Shown: positions 13,270 to 26,135, numbered from the whole stretch's first letter. The stretch: DNA of 63,586 nucleotides, filler included, from Psammoneis japonica (GCA_008632985.1; 5 parts of 5 records of this genome joined end to end with filler, not necessarily neighbours in it), one strand, 5' to 3'. The notes: a model not told the origin generated them from the letters alone. Numbers and translations are program-made.

Positions 13270-13800
13270 GCGGAATGGAGGAGTCGGCAATAGCATCAGC
13301 TCGGGACTTGGCAAGGGCGTTGGTGGATGCAGAGAAGGTGTTGGTGGAAACGTGGGAGGGAGGAGGTGTTAGATAGGAGTTGGTGTCGGTTTTGGCACTG
13401 TTGGAGTTGCCGGGGTTGACGCTGGTTTTTATGGAGGTGCTGTTTGACAAGGCAGAGTTCGCTGCGGCGTTGGCGGTGGTGTCACAAAAGATTTGCCGGG
13501 CTTGAGTGGTCTAGGAGCTTAAGTTGGAGGTGGCAGGATATCTCCACCGAGGCAGCACCACAACAAGAATTGGCGGAGTCGGAACAACTGTTGCTGTGGG
13601 ATCTGCTGTAGGGGCTTGGGTTTCATTGACAGAGAAGGCGAGCTTGTAACTGGTTCGGTAGGACCTAGTGTAGGCCAACGAGTGGGGTTCCCGGTGGGAT
13701 TCACTGTATGTTCAGGCGTCGGTTCCAGGGTGGGTGCTAGTGTCGGAGGTCGTGTCGGTGCTAGTGTTGTGGGACTTGGGGTTGCCACGGTCGGAGCATT
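13270..13800 (-). pseudogene. Pro/Thr-repeat (PTxxPT) surface-protein stalk fragments
   Basis: ATPSPTTLAPTRPPTLAPTLEPTPEHTVNPTGNPTRWPT; broken frames downstream. Confidence 0.5.
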
Positions 13801-13819
13801 TGTCTATCGACATCTCCAT

Positions 13820-14270
13820 AGTCCTGAACCCAGTAATGTGCCGTCCTTGACGCCATCAAATGTGTCATCAGCAACACCTTCGGCAGTTCCGGCTGCTGTT
13901 CCTAGTGACGTACCGTCGAGTAGTCCATCTGATCAGCCGAGTACAGTTCCGAGTGCTGCTCCAAGTGACTTACCGTCGAGTATTGTATCAGGCGGACCAA
14001 GTTCGGCTCCCAGTGATGTACCATCGACAACCCCGTCGTCTGAACTAAGTGATGTCCCGTCCTTGACGCCTTCAACGATACCCTCAGTCACACCCTCGTC
14101 ACTGACGAGGGCGGCTCCCAGTGATGTACCATCAGCAACCCCGTCGTCTCAACCATTTGGTAAGGGATGTGCCATCCTTGACGCCTTCAACGGTACCCTC
14201 AACCACACCTTCATTAGTTCCGAGTGCGGGTCCCAATGATGTACCATCAACAACCCAGTTGTCTCAACCA
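13820..14270 (+). repeat. PSxx coding-type tandem repeat (PSDVPS.TPS) fragment
   Basis: PSNVPSLTPSNVSSATPSAVPAAVPSDVPSSSPS; nucleotide repeat CCCAGTGATGTACCATC; frameshift near 14160. Confidence 0.7.
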
Positions 14271-14447
14271 GATAGACTTTTCTTTCAAATCTTGAGGGGC
14301 GGTCGTGCTGGAGTATGTCAAGTTGAAAGTGTTGGTGACTAATCCCTCGGAAATCACAAAAAAAATCGTATACAAGTCCATGAAAAGACGGCTAGCATGT
14401 TGAAAGAAAAGGTAATCCATGCCAAAGCTGCAGTTAGCGCTTACCAG

Positions 14448-14850
14448 GGGCTCTACAAGGGTGCGGCAGCGTGTCTGTTTCGCGATTTTCCTTTTCTGCC
14501 ATTTACTTTTCCGCGTACGCGTGGTTCAAGGACTATCTCATGGAACTGAGAACAAGAAGGGTCCAGCAAGAACCGTCTACCGCAAACCTACTTGTCGCGG
14601 GAGCCTCTGCTGGTGTTCCTGGTATAAGTTTGTTCGCCAAACGAAGATTCAGCTTCTTCCAATGTCATGGCATTTGTCGACCCATCATCATTTGTTTCCA
14701 TACTACTTTCACTAGCTGCATTTTTGACAACTCCTGCGGATGTAGTAAATACGCGCCTTCAAGTTATAACACGAGAGGGCGAACTTGCCTATTCCGGAAT
14801 TCGTGGCTGCACCGTCAAGATTTTGAAGCATGAAGGCTATCAAAGGTGAG
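14448..14850 (+). pseudogene. Mitochondrial carrier (SLC25, aspartate/glutamate carrier-like) fragment
   Basis: GLYKGAAACLFRDFPF/SAIYF (1-nt frameshift ~14495), LLVAGASAGVP, intron ~14622-14715, AAFLTTPADVVNTRLQ (carrier signature with K->N), YSGIRGCTVKILKHEG. Confidence 0.8.
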
Positions 14851-15855
14851 AAGGATGTTTTCTTGCTGTGTATGCCTGCATTCGTTTGTAATTCTTTATC
14901 AAAGCCAAGCATTCAGCTGCATTATTTCCGCAATTTGGAATAACCCTCTCGGCCCATGAAAAGCCGGCACAATTGCGTCCCCACCCACCAATGCTCCCGT
15001 TGATCCCATTGAATATCGCTCTGCCTTTCTAACGCATTCTATTGGAGACAATGTCAATGCCATGGCTTTCACTATAAGCTGAAGCACTTTGGGAGAAACC
15101 GAAACGATGAGTAAAATGCATGAAACACAAGTACAAAGTCTAGCGTGCGTAGATTTCTGGTAAATTGTTATTTGGCGTCCGCTGGATATATGCACAAAAC
15201 TTGCAACAAGCCTTGTTTGCATTCAATTTACTTCGTGTGAAAAACCCCGCCCAACTCTTTCTGGCTTTGCTTTAAGGATAGACGTGTGTTTAGTCGAGAG
15301 TGGCTGAGCAAATGAGACTTATAATAGATGATGCTAGAAAGTAAATGTACGAACTGAAGACTATACCGGTATTCATTTGTCACAAATTACAACACGCAAT
15401 TACTATGAATACTTTTTCTAAATTTGTTTTACTCCCAGTAGGAGGGCCCGGCAGCCATAATTTCAATCTGGTTAGCCGTATGCGCGTTAACAATAACACA
15501 TGGACAATGTTCCTAAAAGTCGCCTGTTAGGGTATGGTGTGAGTTCAATGCGTGACCATTTGAATGACGTGTAATGTCTCAAATACTCACCTCTTAAACG
15601 GCTCTCCTAAACGACACCGGTCAGAGTGTACTTGACTCGAGGCAGAAATCAGCAGCTAAGAGATTGGCTCCTTCATCAAAGGTCTTGGTATCTCCTGCCT
15701 TGATTCGACATCCTCTACAATGCCCACCAACCAAAACTGGGGTGAGCATCCATTCCATCAGACTAGTGCATTCAATTCGTCGCAATCATCACATCTTCAT
15801 ATCCATAAGCATGCCTCAAAGTAGCGCTCGTTCATCGAAAAGGTAGAAGATATCC

Positions 15856-15955
15856 NNNNNNNNNNNNNNNNNNNNNNNNNNNNNNNNNNNNNNNNNNNNT
15901 TAATTAATTAANNNNNNNNNNNNNNNNNNNNNNNNNNNNNNNNNNNNNNNNNNNN
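15856..15955. other. Artificial contig linker N44-TTAATTAATTAA-N44
   Basis: Identical construct occurs four times and places stops in all six frames. Confidence 0.97.
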
Positions 15956-17681
15956 AGGCTTCTCCGACAACTCCGTGGGATGTGGTCAGTGGCCTTTTTG
16001 GAAGGGATATGACGATTGGATATTGATCAGTCTCCTTGGTTTCTTGGGGATGCTCTTTGTTTCTTTGGGATTGTTGGGGAGTGGCAAGCACAAGTACAAT
16101 GCGCAACTGTTTGCGTTGTACAACACACTCACACCACAACAACTTTTTCTTCTGCATTGAATCAAGTACAAATTGAAGCCTTGGAGTATGTTTTTCCATA
16201 TGCAAGGGAGAAATGAATGTCATGGATCATTACGTCAATGATGGACGTGATCTCGGGACGGAATAACGACCCAACAATAACGATGATTCCTTGTATGATT
16301 TGAATTTTACACAAGAACAAGATGATGACGAAGAACGAATTCATGTAGTGGTGCATCATCAAGATGACGACAACGAGAGTGACGAACTTAACAACAAGAA
16401 AAAGCAAGACGTAGAGTTGAGTACCATTCGAGAACAGACAAACCCAATAGCTCAAGACTGTGATGACAAGGAAGACGACAAGGACGCTGTCGTGGGCGTT
16501 CTTTCGAGGAGTCGACTCAACTACGTCGTCTCGCGTCATTACACGCAATGGCAATGATCCCCTGTCGGGACAAAGCCATACTGCTACCACCGAAACCCCC
16601 GTCGAAGGCAAAGGATTGGAACAAGTTTTTCACAGTGTGTCGGTGTCGGCCATGAGCTCCGGCTTGTTATTAGTATTGGGATTTCGGACGGGCTTTTTTG
16701 GAGCGCTTTCCATTTTTTCCGAGTGGGGGTAGCACAGGAAAGGCAAAGAAGAAGCTCTCCTCTCTTGCGGGTGACGAAAGTCCACCTCCTCATGATGCTG
16801 AGAAGGGTCCGGCTGCTAGACGCAACGTGGCAAAGGGGCTCTCGCTTCAGATCGTGAACCCCGAGTCTCTGGGTGTGCCGCATTCGGGAAACAAGAAAAG
16901 GAGGGGTATAGATGGAGAGGCTTCTCCGACAACTCCGTGGGATGTGGTCAGTGGCCTTTTTGGAAGGGATATGACGATTGGATATTGATCAGTCTCCTTG
17001 GTTTCTTGGGGATGCTCTTTGTTTCTTTGGGATTGTTGGGGAGTGGCAAGCACAAGTACAATGCGCAACTGTTGCGTTGTACAACACACTCACACCACAA
17101 CAACTTTTTCTTCTGCATTGAATCAAGTACAAATTGAAGCCTTGGAGTATGTTTTTCCATATGCAAGGGAGAAATGAATGTCATGGATCATTACGTCAAT
17201 GATGGACGTGATCTCGGGACGGAATAACGACCCAACAATAACGATGATTCCTTGTATGATTTGAATTTTACACAAGAACAAGATGATGACGAAGAACGAA
17301 TTCATGTAGTGGTGCATCATCAAGATGACGACAACGAGAGTGACGAACTTAACAACAAGAAAAAGCAAGACGTAGAGTTGAGTACCATTCGAGAAGCAGA
17401 CAAACCCAATAGCTCAAGACTGTGATGACAAGGAAGACGCAAGGACGCTGTCGTGGGCGTTCTTTCGAGGAGTCGACTCAACTACGTCGTCTCGCGTCAT
17501 TACACGCAATGGCAATGATCCCCTGTCGGGACAAAGCCATACTGCTACCACCGAAACCCCCGTCGAAGGCAAAGGATTGGAACAAGTTTTTCACAGTGTG
17601 TCGGTGTCGGCCATGAGCTCCGGCTTGTTATTAGTATTGGGATTTCGGACGGGCTTTTTTGGAGCGCTTTCCAGTTTTTCC
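15956..17681. repeat. Near-identical direct duplication, period 962 bp (15956-16720 vs 16918-17681), of broken coding-like sequence
   Basis: Copies differ only by a few 1-nt indels/substitutions; located at a contig start, so it may be an assembly artefact. Confidence 0.9.
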
Positions 17682-18671
17682 TCGTGGAATTCCAGCATGG
17701 TGATGCTGTTGCAAAATGGATGTATTGGACAAGCCGTGGTGGGATACGCGATTGAATTGCAACTACCCATTGTATCGTATCGGTTTAACCATCATGCGGC
17801 GTTGTATTTGTTTGTTTGAAGATGTCGGCGTGAAACCAGACGAGAGATGAGCGACGAGAATATGGATTGCGATGGATCTCTGTTGCGGGTAAATCAGAGT
17901 CTTTGAGTTCCAAACCTTAATAAGAACGACATTGACGGAAATAGATAGAGCAAGCCTCTNNNNNNNNNNNNNNNNNNNNNNNNNNNNNNNNNNNNNNNNN
18001 NNNNNNNNNNNNNNNNNNNNNNNNNNNNNNNNNNNNNNNNNNNNNNNNNNNNNNNNNNNNNNNNNNNNNNNNNNNNNNNNNNNNNNNNNNNNNNNNNNNN
18101 NNNNNNNNNNNNNNNNNNNNNNNNNNNNNNNNNNNNNNNNNNNNNNNNNNNNNNNNNNNNNNNNNNNNNNNNNNNNNNNNNNNNNNNNNNNNNNNNNNNN
18201 NNNNNNNNNNNNNNNNNNNNNNNNNNNNNNNNNNNNNNNNNNNNNNNNNNNNNNNNNNNNNNNNNNNNNNNNNNNNNNNNNNNNNNNNNNNNNNNNNNNN
18301 NNNNNNNNNNNNNNNNNNNNNNNNNNNNNNNNNNNNNNNNNNNNNNNNNNNNNNNNNNNNNNNNNNNNNNNNNNNNNNNNNNNNNNNNNNNNNNNNNNNN
18401 NNNNNNNNNNNNNNNNNNNNNNNNNNNNNNNNNNNNNNNNNNNNNNNNNNNNNNNNNNNNNNNNNNNNNNNNNNNNNNNNNNNNNNNNNNNNNNNNNNNN
18501 NNNNNNNNNNNNNNNNNNNNNNNNNNNNNNNNNNNNNNNNNNNNNNNNNNNNNNNNNNNNNNNNNNNNNNNNNNNNNNNNNNNNNNNNNNNNNNNNNNNN
18601 NNNNNNNNNNNNNNNNNNNNNNNNNNNNNNNNNNNNNNNNNNNNNNNNNNNNNNNNNNNNNNNNNNNNNNN

Positions 18672-20720
18672 GTGTTCTCATGTTCTCAACAAGTGCTCAT
18701 CAACTGTGTTCAAAAAAATGTGTTCAAAAAGCCTTCAACAACTGAGCCAATCAGCAAAAAGTGGGAAACAATGCTTGACAAAATTTTGTCTTGCAGTGCA
18801 TTTGATCTTGACAAGAGATCAACTTTGCAAACATTGACAACAATTCTTTTTATGACCCACATTGTTCCAACAATTGAGCCAGTTGGCAAAGCAAGAAATG
18901 ACAATGAATGAAATTTTCGACTTGCAAAGAGTTTTGTTTTTAACAACAGCACATTGTTTGCAGCAACATGCTGTTGTGACTCATGTCTGTCAATGCCCAC
19001 ATTGGTTCACCCCATTAATTTGCTGTTGCCCTCCTGGCTGTGTGTGGCTTGCAATTTGATTTGTGCACTCTGTGATTTAGATTTTCTGCACTGAATTATG
19101 TTGCAGTCTGTTTCTTGCTCTCTTTTCTCAAGCCCTTTGCTGTCTGCACATGATGCCACCCTCTTGCAGCTGCACTTGCATGACACTGTGGTGCTCTGCA
19201 ATTCTGGTGTCCATGAGGATCTTCTGTCATTTCACACTGTGACCTCACACACTCTTGCTTTTGTTGAAAAGTTTGCTGGGTCAACCAAAGCTTTGCTCAC
19301 AAAAAAAGAAGAGGGTGCAACAATTGTGAATTCTGCATGTGTTTCATTTTGAATCATCTTTGCTTTTTGGCACAGCTTCTGCTCACCTTTCTGCATCCCC
19401 TGCAGCACTGTCTTCCCATCTTGCTCAGCTTTCATGTCAACATGCCTGAGCACCAAGATTGGCAAAAGTGTCAGTTGTTTGCATTGTTCTCATGCATGCC
19501 TGCTTTCATGCCTCACATCCTTTCTCTTGCCTCAGCTTGCCTCTTGACTTCATTTGGCTGTGCCCAGCCCTTTGCTCTGCTGTTGCCTTCCTGCAAGGCC
19601 ATCATTGTCAGGATGTTTGGTGGGCTCTCCTGTGTTTTGCATTTTGTGTCTTGTGAGGCAGCGATGATTTGTTGTTGCACCCACACCAAGCCAGTCGGCC
19701 AAGGTGGTCAGCATCTGTGTCATTGTCTGGCCATTTTTTTTCCTCCATGTTTGCCTGCACTGTTGCAGGCTTCAATGATTTGAGCTGACTCAAATTTGCA
19801 GCTGTGTCAGCAGAAGATCAATGTCTCAGTTTTTGCCACACTGGTGTGGTGTCTTTGCAGGACAGCAGAGCAGATGCCCAATGCAGTCAGTGCACTTTGT
19901 TTTCATGCAGCACAAGGCAGCAGAGCAAGACAAAGACTTGCACTTGCAGCCACTCTCCTTTGCGCGTCTCCTGGCCCAAGAAAAAATGCTTGCACAAACC
20001 CTGGGAAAGAGAGTGCTTTTTCATTGTGACCACCAACTCTTCCTCCATTGGACAAAGCTTCTTGGCGGTTGCAAAAGCCAAGCTTCTTCCATTTCCTCCA
20101 AATCCAGTGCATCAAAGTGGCACGCCATGCTGTCGTTGTTGTCAAAGAAAGCTCTGCATCATTGTCCATGTCAATGTGGGAAGAGGACAAGTGAGAACAG
20201 TGATCCCTTGACAGTGAGGGGCAAGAGCATGTCAAACTTCTTCAAAAAAAAACAGCACATCATCATGGAGTGGTGTGCCAATGTTGGACATCTCTCAAGC
20301 AAGAGAGATGGCTTCAAGTTGTGCTCAGTCTCAGGCAAGCACTAAAATCACTGCTGCCATTGCAAAGTCACTCATCACCATGTTCATTGGCAGAGAAATT
20401 GCTGTCATTCACCCATTGAGATTCTTGGACAGTGGCAGGAGGAAAAAAAGAGGGGGACAAAAACAATGGATCACCGTCGAGAAGGACAGGGGCTGAATCC
20501 ATCAGCACCCAAGCCAAGGGAGTGGTTGACAGATCTGACTGACCCAACGAGCACGGTGCAGCAGCATTGCTTGAGGAGCCAATGGGAGAGGGAGGTGAAA
20601 GAGCACTGGGGACATGTGCTGGGTGTCCCTTTTCACTTGATGTTTTGCTTGCTCCTGAGCCTCAGGGCGGTGTGGTGGAGCAACAGCTGTCAAGAAGAAG
20701 GCTGGCGAAGAAAACTACTG
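18672..20720. mobile_element. Highly degenerate TpA/CpG-depleted repeat relic, unclassified
   Basis: Both TA and CG nearly absent; abrupt return to normal composition ~50 bp from the COG6 stop. Confidence 0.55.
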
Positions 20721-20770
20721 TAGCATGTCTTAGGCATTCTCTTCATCATCAGCATACGTTTGTATTTGCT

Positions 20771-22956
20771 TTATTTCTTCGATTGTTTTACTACATCAAC
20801 AGAGAATAAGGTCCGAACCTGAGTGGGACTGTGTCCAAGAAAATCCAAGTCATGGCGCCCACCCTTTTCGATATGCATGGCAACGTAAAGCTCCTCGTAT
20901 ACATTTGCTACTCGAGCAGCAATCTGGGACTGAGCACGTTTCCTCAGAATGGGATCCTTAATGACAGAGTCGAACGATGGAATGGGAGGCGAATAAAGAG
21001 ACGCATAGAATTCGCGAATACACGTTTGAACCTCTGGAGGTGAAAGACCAGGCTGTGATGCCATCGTCATGCCTTCAACATGAACTTGTTGCATACGAGT
21101 CCATGCGACCAATAGAGAGCCCAATCCTACAAGCTCCAATACTTCTTTCGTGTCATCTTCGACCAAGGCATCAATCAATGCTTGTTCCTTATCGGAGATC
21201 AAGCGATTGAATCTGTTCGTCACCTCTTCCTTGAGCTGCCTTCTGGACCACCAACATGGAAGACTTGATAGTCACGGCGTCACCCAAAGACTTGCAAGAT
21301 GACAAAGCAGCTTCAACGAGCGTCTCGCAGAGAAACTCCAGCGATAGGGATACTTCAATGCCAGTCGCTCCCCGAAGGACAGGGTAGGTCAGCTGAAAAT
21401 CCCGGAGATGCTTTGCGCCTCTGTGATTTCTGCCATCATATCGTGTGCCATACATGCTTCCGATTCTCCAGAGATCATGGTAAGTGACTCCAACTTTGCT
21501 CCGTGGACACGAATGGACGCAGCATACGCATGGGACCCTTCCTGCAAGCACTCAAGGACGGCTTTCACAAGAGGGCTCTCGTGTAGTTCGTCTCCGTCAT
21601 CGTTGGTTGAAGGCTTTTCATAGCCTTTGAAAATGCGGAATGATAGAAAAGCAAGAGACTGCATATCGAGTACAAGGATGATACACGAGACCGAGACGCC
21701 ATCTGCTCTAGCTCTTTCATTCGTCTTGGTCTCCGTCCTCGTGTTGAGGGCGCTTGGCCAGAGAAGCAATAACCTGAAGGATTCTTGACTTGAGTGGCCT
21801 GGATACCCACTCATGGCATACGCCAAAATCTCTGCAGCGGACATTGGCTTCTCGCCGTCAAGCATATCGGTATCCTTGTCGCTGCTGCTCGGTGTAGAAA
21901 CTTCATCTTCATCGTGCGGAGGCTTGTATTCAACGAGACCACGGGCTACATCCGCTTCGACGTTGTAGGAGCAAAAGACATGAACCAACATATCCCCAAC
22001 ATAATTGACGGGATCGTGCGCTTTGACTTCAAAAGGGGGCATTCCATTGTAGGCAGAAGTCAACGCCAAGAGGAATGGTCTCGTCTCTTCTGATCTTCTG
22101 TATGTAGCAATCACCTCGATCAAGTGAGATTAGAAAGCGGGCACATCCATTCCCAAAAACAACAAAGAAATTGCTTGACAAAGTCTAGGCACAGCGCTTC
22201 GTCCAAAGCATCATCATCCACTGGTTTCTGCGGCTGCTGCGACTTGTAGATTCAGATGAATTTGCAACCACTGATAGAGCCGCTCGTATGCTCGTTCCTG
22301 TTTTGAGGCCAACGACTCCATCATTCTAATAGTAGAAGTAGCACCGAGACTTTGCTTAATCGAATCAGTGCCTCCCTGTATTTCTATATCCGTTCCACAC
22401 GTTTTGCTCAACTCATGCCGAATGGTACGGACACTACCCAAAGCCTCGAGAAACTGCATACCTCTCGTGTCAAAGTCGTCAAAGGCGTACTGATCCAGCA
22501 AGAGCGACTCGTTCTCGGACAAGATTTCGTTCTTCAAACGCTCTTGCCAGTTCAGCCGCTAGTTCTTCTTCACCTCCTACTTCAGGCGACGACTCCTCAG
22601 ATTTTGCTTCTGACGAGGTAGCTCCACAGTCCACAGGTACCGGTCCTGAACACTCGCACTCGCTTCACGCCCAGTCGACGCTGTTTCTGTGACACTTCGC
22701 CTCAAGTCCTGAACTGTCTTGACAAGATTCTGAAGTTCCTCTTGCATTGAAAGAGCATGTGCCAGAGCGTCCGCTTCAATCGCAACTCGCACCGTCGCAC
22801 CGACCGTGAAGAATCAATCACGGGCATATGCGCCAGTGCTTCTAACGCTGCCTTCATTGCTGCCGTATCTGTACGAACCTCCAACGCACGAGATACCTTG
22901 TTGGCAAGGATATCGGCACCCGTAGATGCGGTGGCGTTCTCATCGTTGTCGGCCAT
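20771..22956 (-). pseudogene. COG6: Conserved oligomeric Golgi complex subunit 6, near full length but with several frameshifts and an in-frame stop (pseudogene or consensus errors)
   Basis: KVSRALEVRTDTAAMKAALEAL, QERAYERLYQW, FLLALT, EVKAHDPVNYVGDML and the C-terminal SPTQVRTLF are spread over successive frames. Confidence 0.8.
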
Positions 22957-24007
22957 GGTTCACAATTTAGTAGCATGCAGAAAACGGCTTGCGTGTGCGC
23001 GGCATAACACCACGAGATCGGGACGAACGAGTCGATCGATTCAAATTTCATCAGAACAACCTCCCGCAGAGTGTCCAAAGATTGTGATGGGCAAAAAGCA
23101 CCAAACGCCAAACACCACCGGAATTTGGTGAATCAACTTGCACTGCAGCTGCATTTTGAATTTGTTTGCGGTTGCACACTGCACCCCAGCGCAAGAGCTC
23201 AATCTTTCTCAGCCTCTCACTCGACCGCCGCCATGTGCACTGGAGATGCTCTGGCATCTTCAAGTCTTTCATGCACTGGCTGCAAACCACACAACACTCA
23301 AACAATGTGCTCAAGGACGTTGCAACAATTTGCACTTAACTTGAACTCTCATCAAAGATCAAAGGCACCTTGCAATCAAAAGAGCTGCTGTGTGAAGATC
23401 TGCCACTCCAGCCAACAAAACTGACACACGCTGGGGCTTGTGCCACCCCCCCCCCCCCCCCCNNNNNNNNNNNNNNNNNNNNNNNNNNNNNNNNNNNNNN
23501 NNNNNNNNNNNNNNNNNNNNNNNNNNNNNNNNNNNNNNNNNNNNNNNNNNNNNNNNNNNNNNNNNNNNNNNNNNNNNNNNNNNNNNNNNNNNNNNNNNNN
23601 NNNNNNNNNNNNNNNNNNNNNNNNNNNNNNNNNNNNNNNNNNNNNNNNNNNNNNNNNNNNNNNNNNNNNNNNNNNNNNNNNNNNNNNNNNNNNNNNNNNN
23701 NNNNNNNNNNNNNNNGGGGGGGGGGTGTCTGCCATTGGTTTGAGGAGATTGACACAGCGCACTGATTTGGTCTCCAGGGGTTCTCTGGTTGCCACACGTG
23801 GCACACAAATGATTGTGTGCCTCAACTGGATTCCAGCAGGGCAAGCTCTTTCTGCATTTTGTCATTTTCATCTGCTCACCTGCTCACCAAAGGCTGCTGT
23901 TGTGCTTGTTTGAGCTGTGAGGTGGTTGATCATCTTGTGTTGTTGGCTGTTTCCATCTTGCACTGTTGGCTGTTTCCAGATGTTTTGTTTGGCTGGGCAG
24001 CTTGCAA

Positions 24008-24906
24008 TCATTGTGGTGCATCATTTTTTGGCCATTGCACTTTTGGCTGAGTGCATGCTTTCTGAGCAAAACTGTGCAACAGAGCCTGCCTTGGGGACAA
24101 TTGTGACACACTTGCACTCATCAGACAGGCTTGACATGTGGGCCAAACAAGGTGTCCCTGTGAGTGCAGCATCTGGCTGTTGCCGTGCAAGTTGTTTTCA
24201 TGAAATTTGCAGTGCCTCCCATCATCATCAGGTTTGGCAGCACCTTTCTGATCAGCAAATCCTTTCTCGTTGGACATGTGCTGAATGACATCTTCCAAAG
24301 AATCAGTGCTGACATCCTTTCCAGCACGTGCATGATTCTGTTTCCACGTCATCGGCATGCCTGTAAACATGATGTTCTTGATCTGCTGCTCATTGAGCAA
24401 AGGTTCAGCTCCAGGTGGCTTGTCAGCACAACGTGACATTTGAGTCATCCTGTCAGCATGCTCGCGAGGAGAATCACCAAAAGGTTTAGAAGAATTTTTC
24501 AAAAATTCAAACATCGCATCACGTGCTTGATGATCGCAGCATCGCTGACAAAAGCGTGCGATTTCCACATCAAACCTGGCCATTGTCCGATCTGCTTCCG
24601 TGACACCCGAAACCAAGTTGCTCCATGCGTCTTGAGCATTGTCTTCTGACACTTCTTCAAAATGGGTGAATTTTTCAGGTCCTTCATCACAATCCAAACA
24701 CTCGGCACAGTTTTCAAAACGCTCTGCAGCGCAGAGCAAACACTTGATGCCGCACTTGCCGGTGAGCTGAGGGCACATTTTCTGTTTCTCAGTGCCATCA
24801 TCGCAGCTCTGTGCGAGTTTCACTTTGTCCAAATCTCCGTGTTTGAAGGTTGGTTTGTGTGCAAAGCACGGTGCTCTCAGCGAAGCTCTCACCAAGTGCG
24901 ACATTG
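24008..24906 (-). pseudogene. gag: Gypsy gag, hypermutated
   Basis: GPEKFTHFEEV, ARDAMFEFL..KP, PREHADRM, LNEQQIKNIMF..MP.TW and IQHMSNEKGFAD resemble diatom Gypsy Gag (recalled similarity); no Tyr remains. Confidence 0.7.
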
Positions 24907-25014
24907 CGCTTGAGTTAAAGGATGCACAGCAAAGAAAAGAGAAGGAAAGAACAAGACACAGTGTGATCACAGTGAACGGTCTTGACAAGTTGTCCACGAA
25001 TGCTTTCTAAAAAT

Positions 25015-25206
25015 TGTGGGAAAAGCTGCAATTGACTGCAGCCACAGTGTTCGGGTTTCTGTCACAGAATTTCTTCGAGGTGTCAACAATCCGGGTCACT
25101 CGAATCTCCCGAATCTTGCAGCTGCTGACGCAATTGTGACGCAGAAGTTTGCTTCACAGGTGTCCTCAATTCCGGGTGACCAGGGAGACCCGCGTAGAGT
25201 CCCACA
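25015..25206 (-). repeat. 192-bp LTR with TGTGGGA...TCCCACA termini
   Basis: Perfect 7-bp terminal inverted repeat with TG..CA ends, ~110 bp upstream of the gag start. Confidence 0.7.
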
Positions 25207-25704
25207 CAATTTTTGTTCCACATGTCTTTCACAACACACCGCAAAGACCAACCATGAGCACCGGCCGCACTGTCACCATCACCCGCCATGCGGTGCCGGC
25301 AAATGCCAAGCGATGCGCAAGCGAACCACCTGGGGCCCTAAAGAGGCTGGTCGCAGGCCCGCTGCAAGCACTTGATGTCACAATGGTGAGCTCAGCATGT
25401 CTGATTGGGGGGGAAAGACAAAGAACAATCATCCTTCGACGGATCGAAAAGGTCGTGCAAACATTGATGTCGGTTCGCTGCAGCATGTGCTGGTTTTGTG
25501 CAGATTGGTCGGAGACATTTCTGCACGGACTCTCCTGCGGAAGTGCATGACCTTGCATGCGGTGCATGGGTGTTTTGATGATCCTCGTGTTTGAAGAGTC
25601 TAAAGAAACGAAACCAGCTGTTGTCAGTGCACGCGTGCTGGCCTGTTCGTTCGCACCAGCAGCAGCCGCACTCGCCCCTGCAGGGATGGTGAGGGAGTCC
25701 AGTG

Positions 25705-26135
25705 ACAAAGTTTGCACCACCCCAGGAACGCAAGGGAAACAAGTGCGGCAGTTTGAACAGTCAGCAGAACCACAGCGACAAAGTTTGCAGCCCCCCGTGA
25801 ACCTCGCGAAAAGTTTGCAGCCCCCCAGGAAAGCAATGGCGCGGCGCGGAGGAACCACCGCGAAAAAGTTTGTAGCCCCCAAGGAACCCCCACGAGAAAG
25901 TTTGTAGCCCCCCAGGAATGCAATCGCGAGAAGTTTCTAAAGCGTCAGGAATCATGATGGAAAACTTTGTAACCCCCCAGGAACCCCCGCGCAAAAATTT
26001 GTATCCCCCGAGGAACCCCGGCGAGAAAGTTTGTATCCCCCAGGAACGCAATCGCGAGAAGTATGTCAGCCAGGAATCACAATGGAGAACTTTGTATCCC
26101 CCAGGAACCCCGCGAGAAAACTGGTATCCCGCGGA
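25705..26135. repeat. ~30-bp subterminal tandem repeat array (GCGARAAAGTTTGYAKCCCCCAGGAA), ~12 diverged copies
   Basis: Units seen directly at 25710, 25781, 25811, 25868, 25899, 25964, 25997, 26028, 26090 and 26120. Confidence 0.85.

Larger units (their letters stand above)
23120..25206 (-). mobile_element. Degenerate Ty3/Gypsy LTR retrotransposon (5' LTR plus gag); downstream boundary uncertain
   Basis: LTR at 25015-25206 followed by gag-like ORF 24906-~24200; TpA-depleted. Confidence 0.7.

Noticed and set aside
15900..15911. Recurrent palindrome TTAATTAATTAA (also 31945, 40952, 54412)
   Set aside because: Always centred in exactly 44+44 Ns, so it is an artificial six-frame-stop linker; no linkage can be inferred across it.
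17917..18837. Long ORFs spanning N runs (also 23336-23913, 41193-42713)
   Set aside because: Artefacts of translating gaps.
23446..23724. Poly-C and poly-G flanking a gap as an inverted repeat or G-quadruplex
   Set aside because: Both homopolymers abut an assembly gap, so the true structure is unknowable here.
25705..26135. Regularly spaced ~30-bp repeats as a CRISPR array
   Set aside because: No unique spacers of proper length, degenerate units, eukaryotic context and no cas genes.
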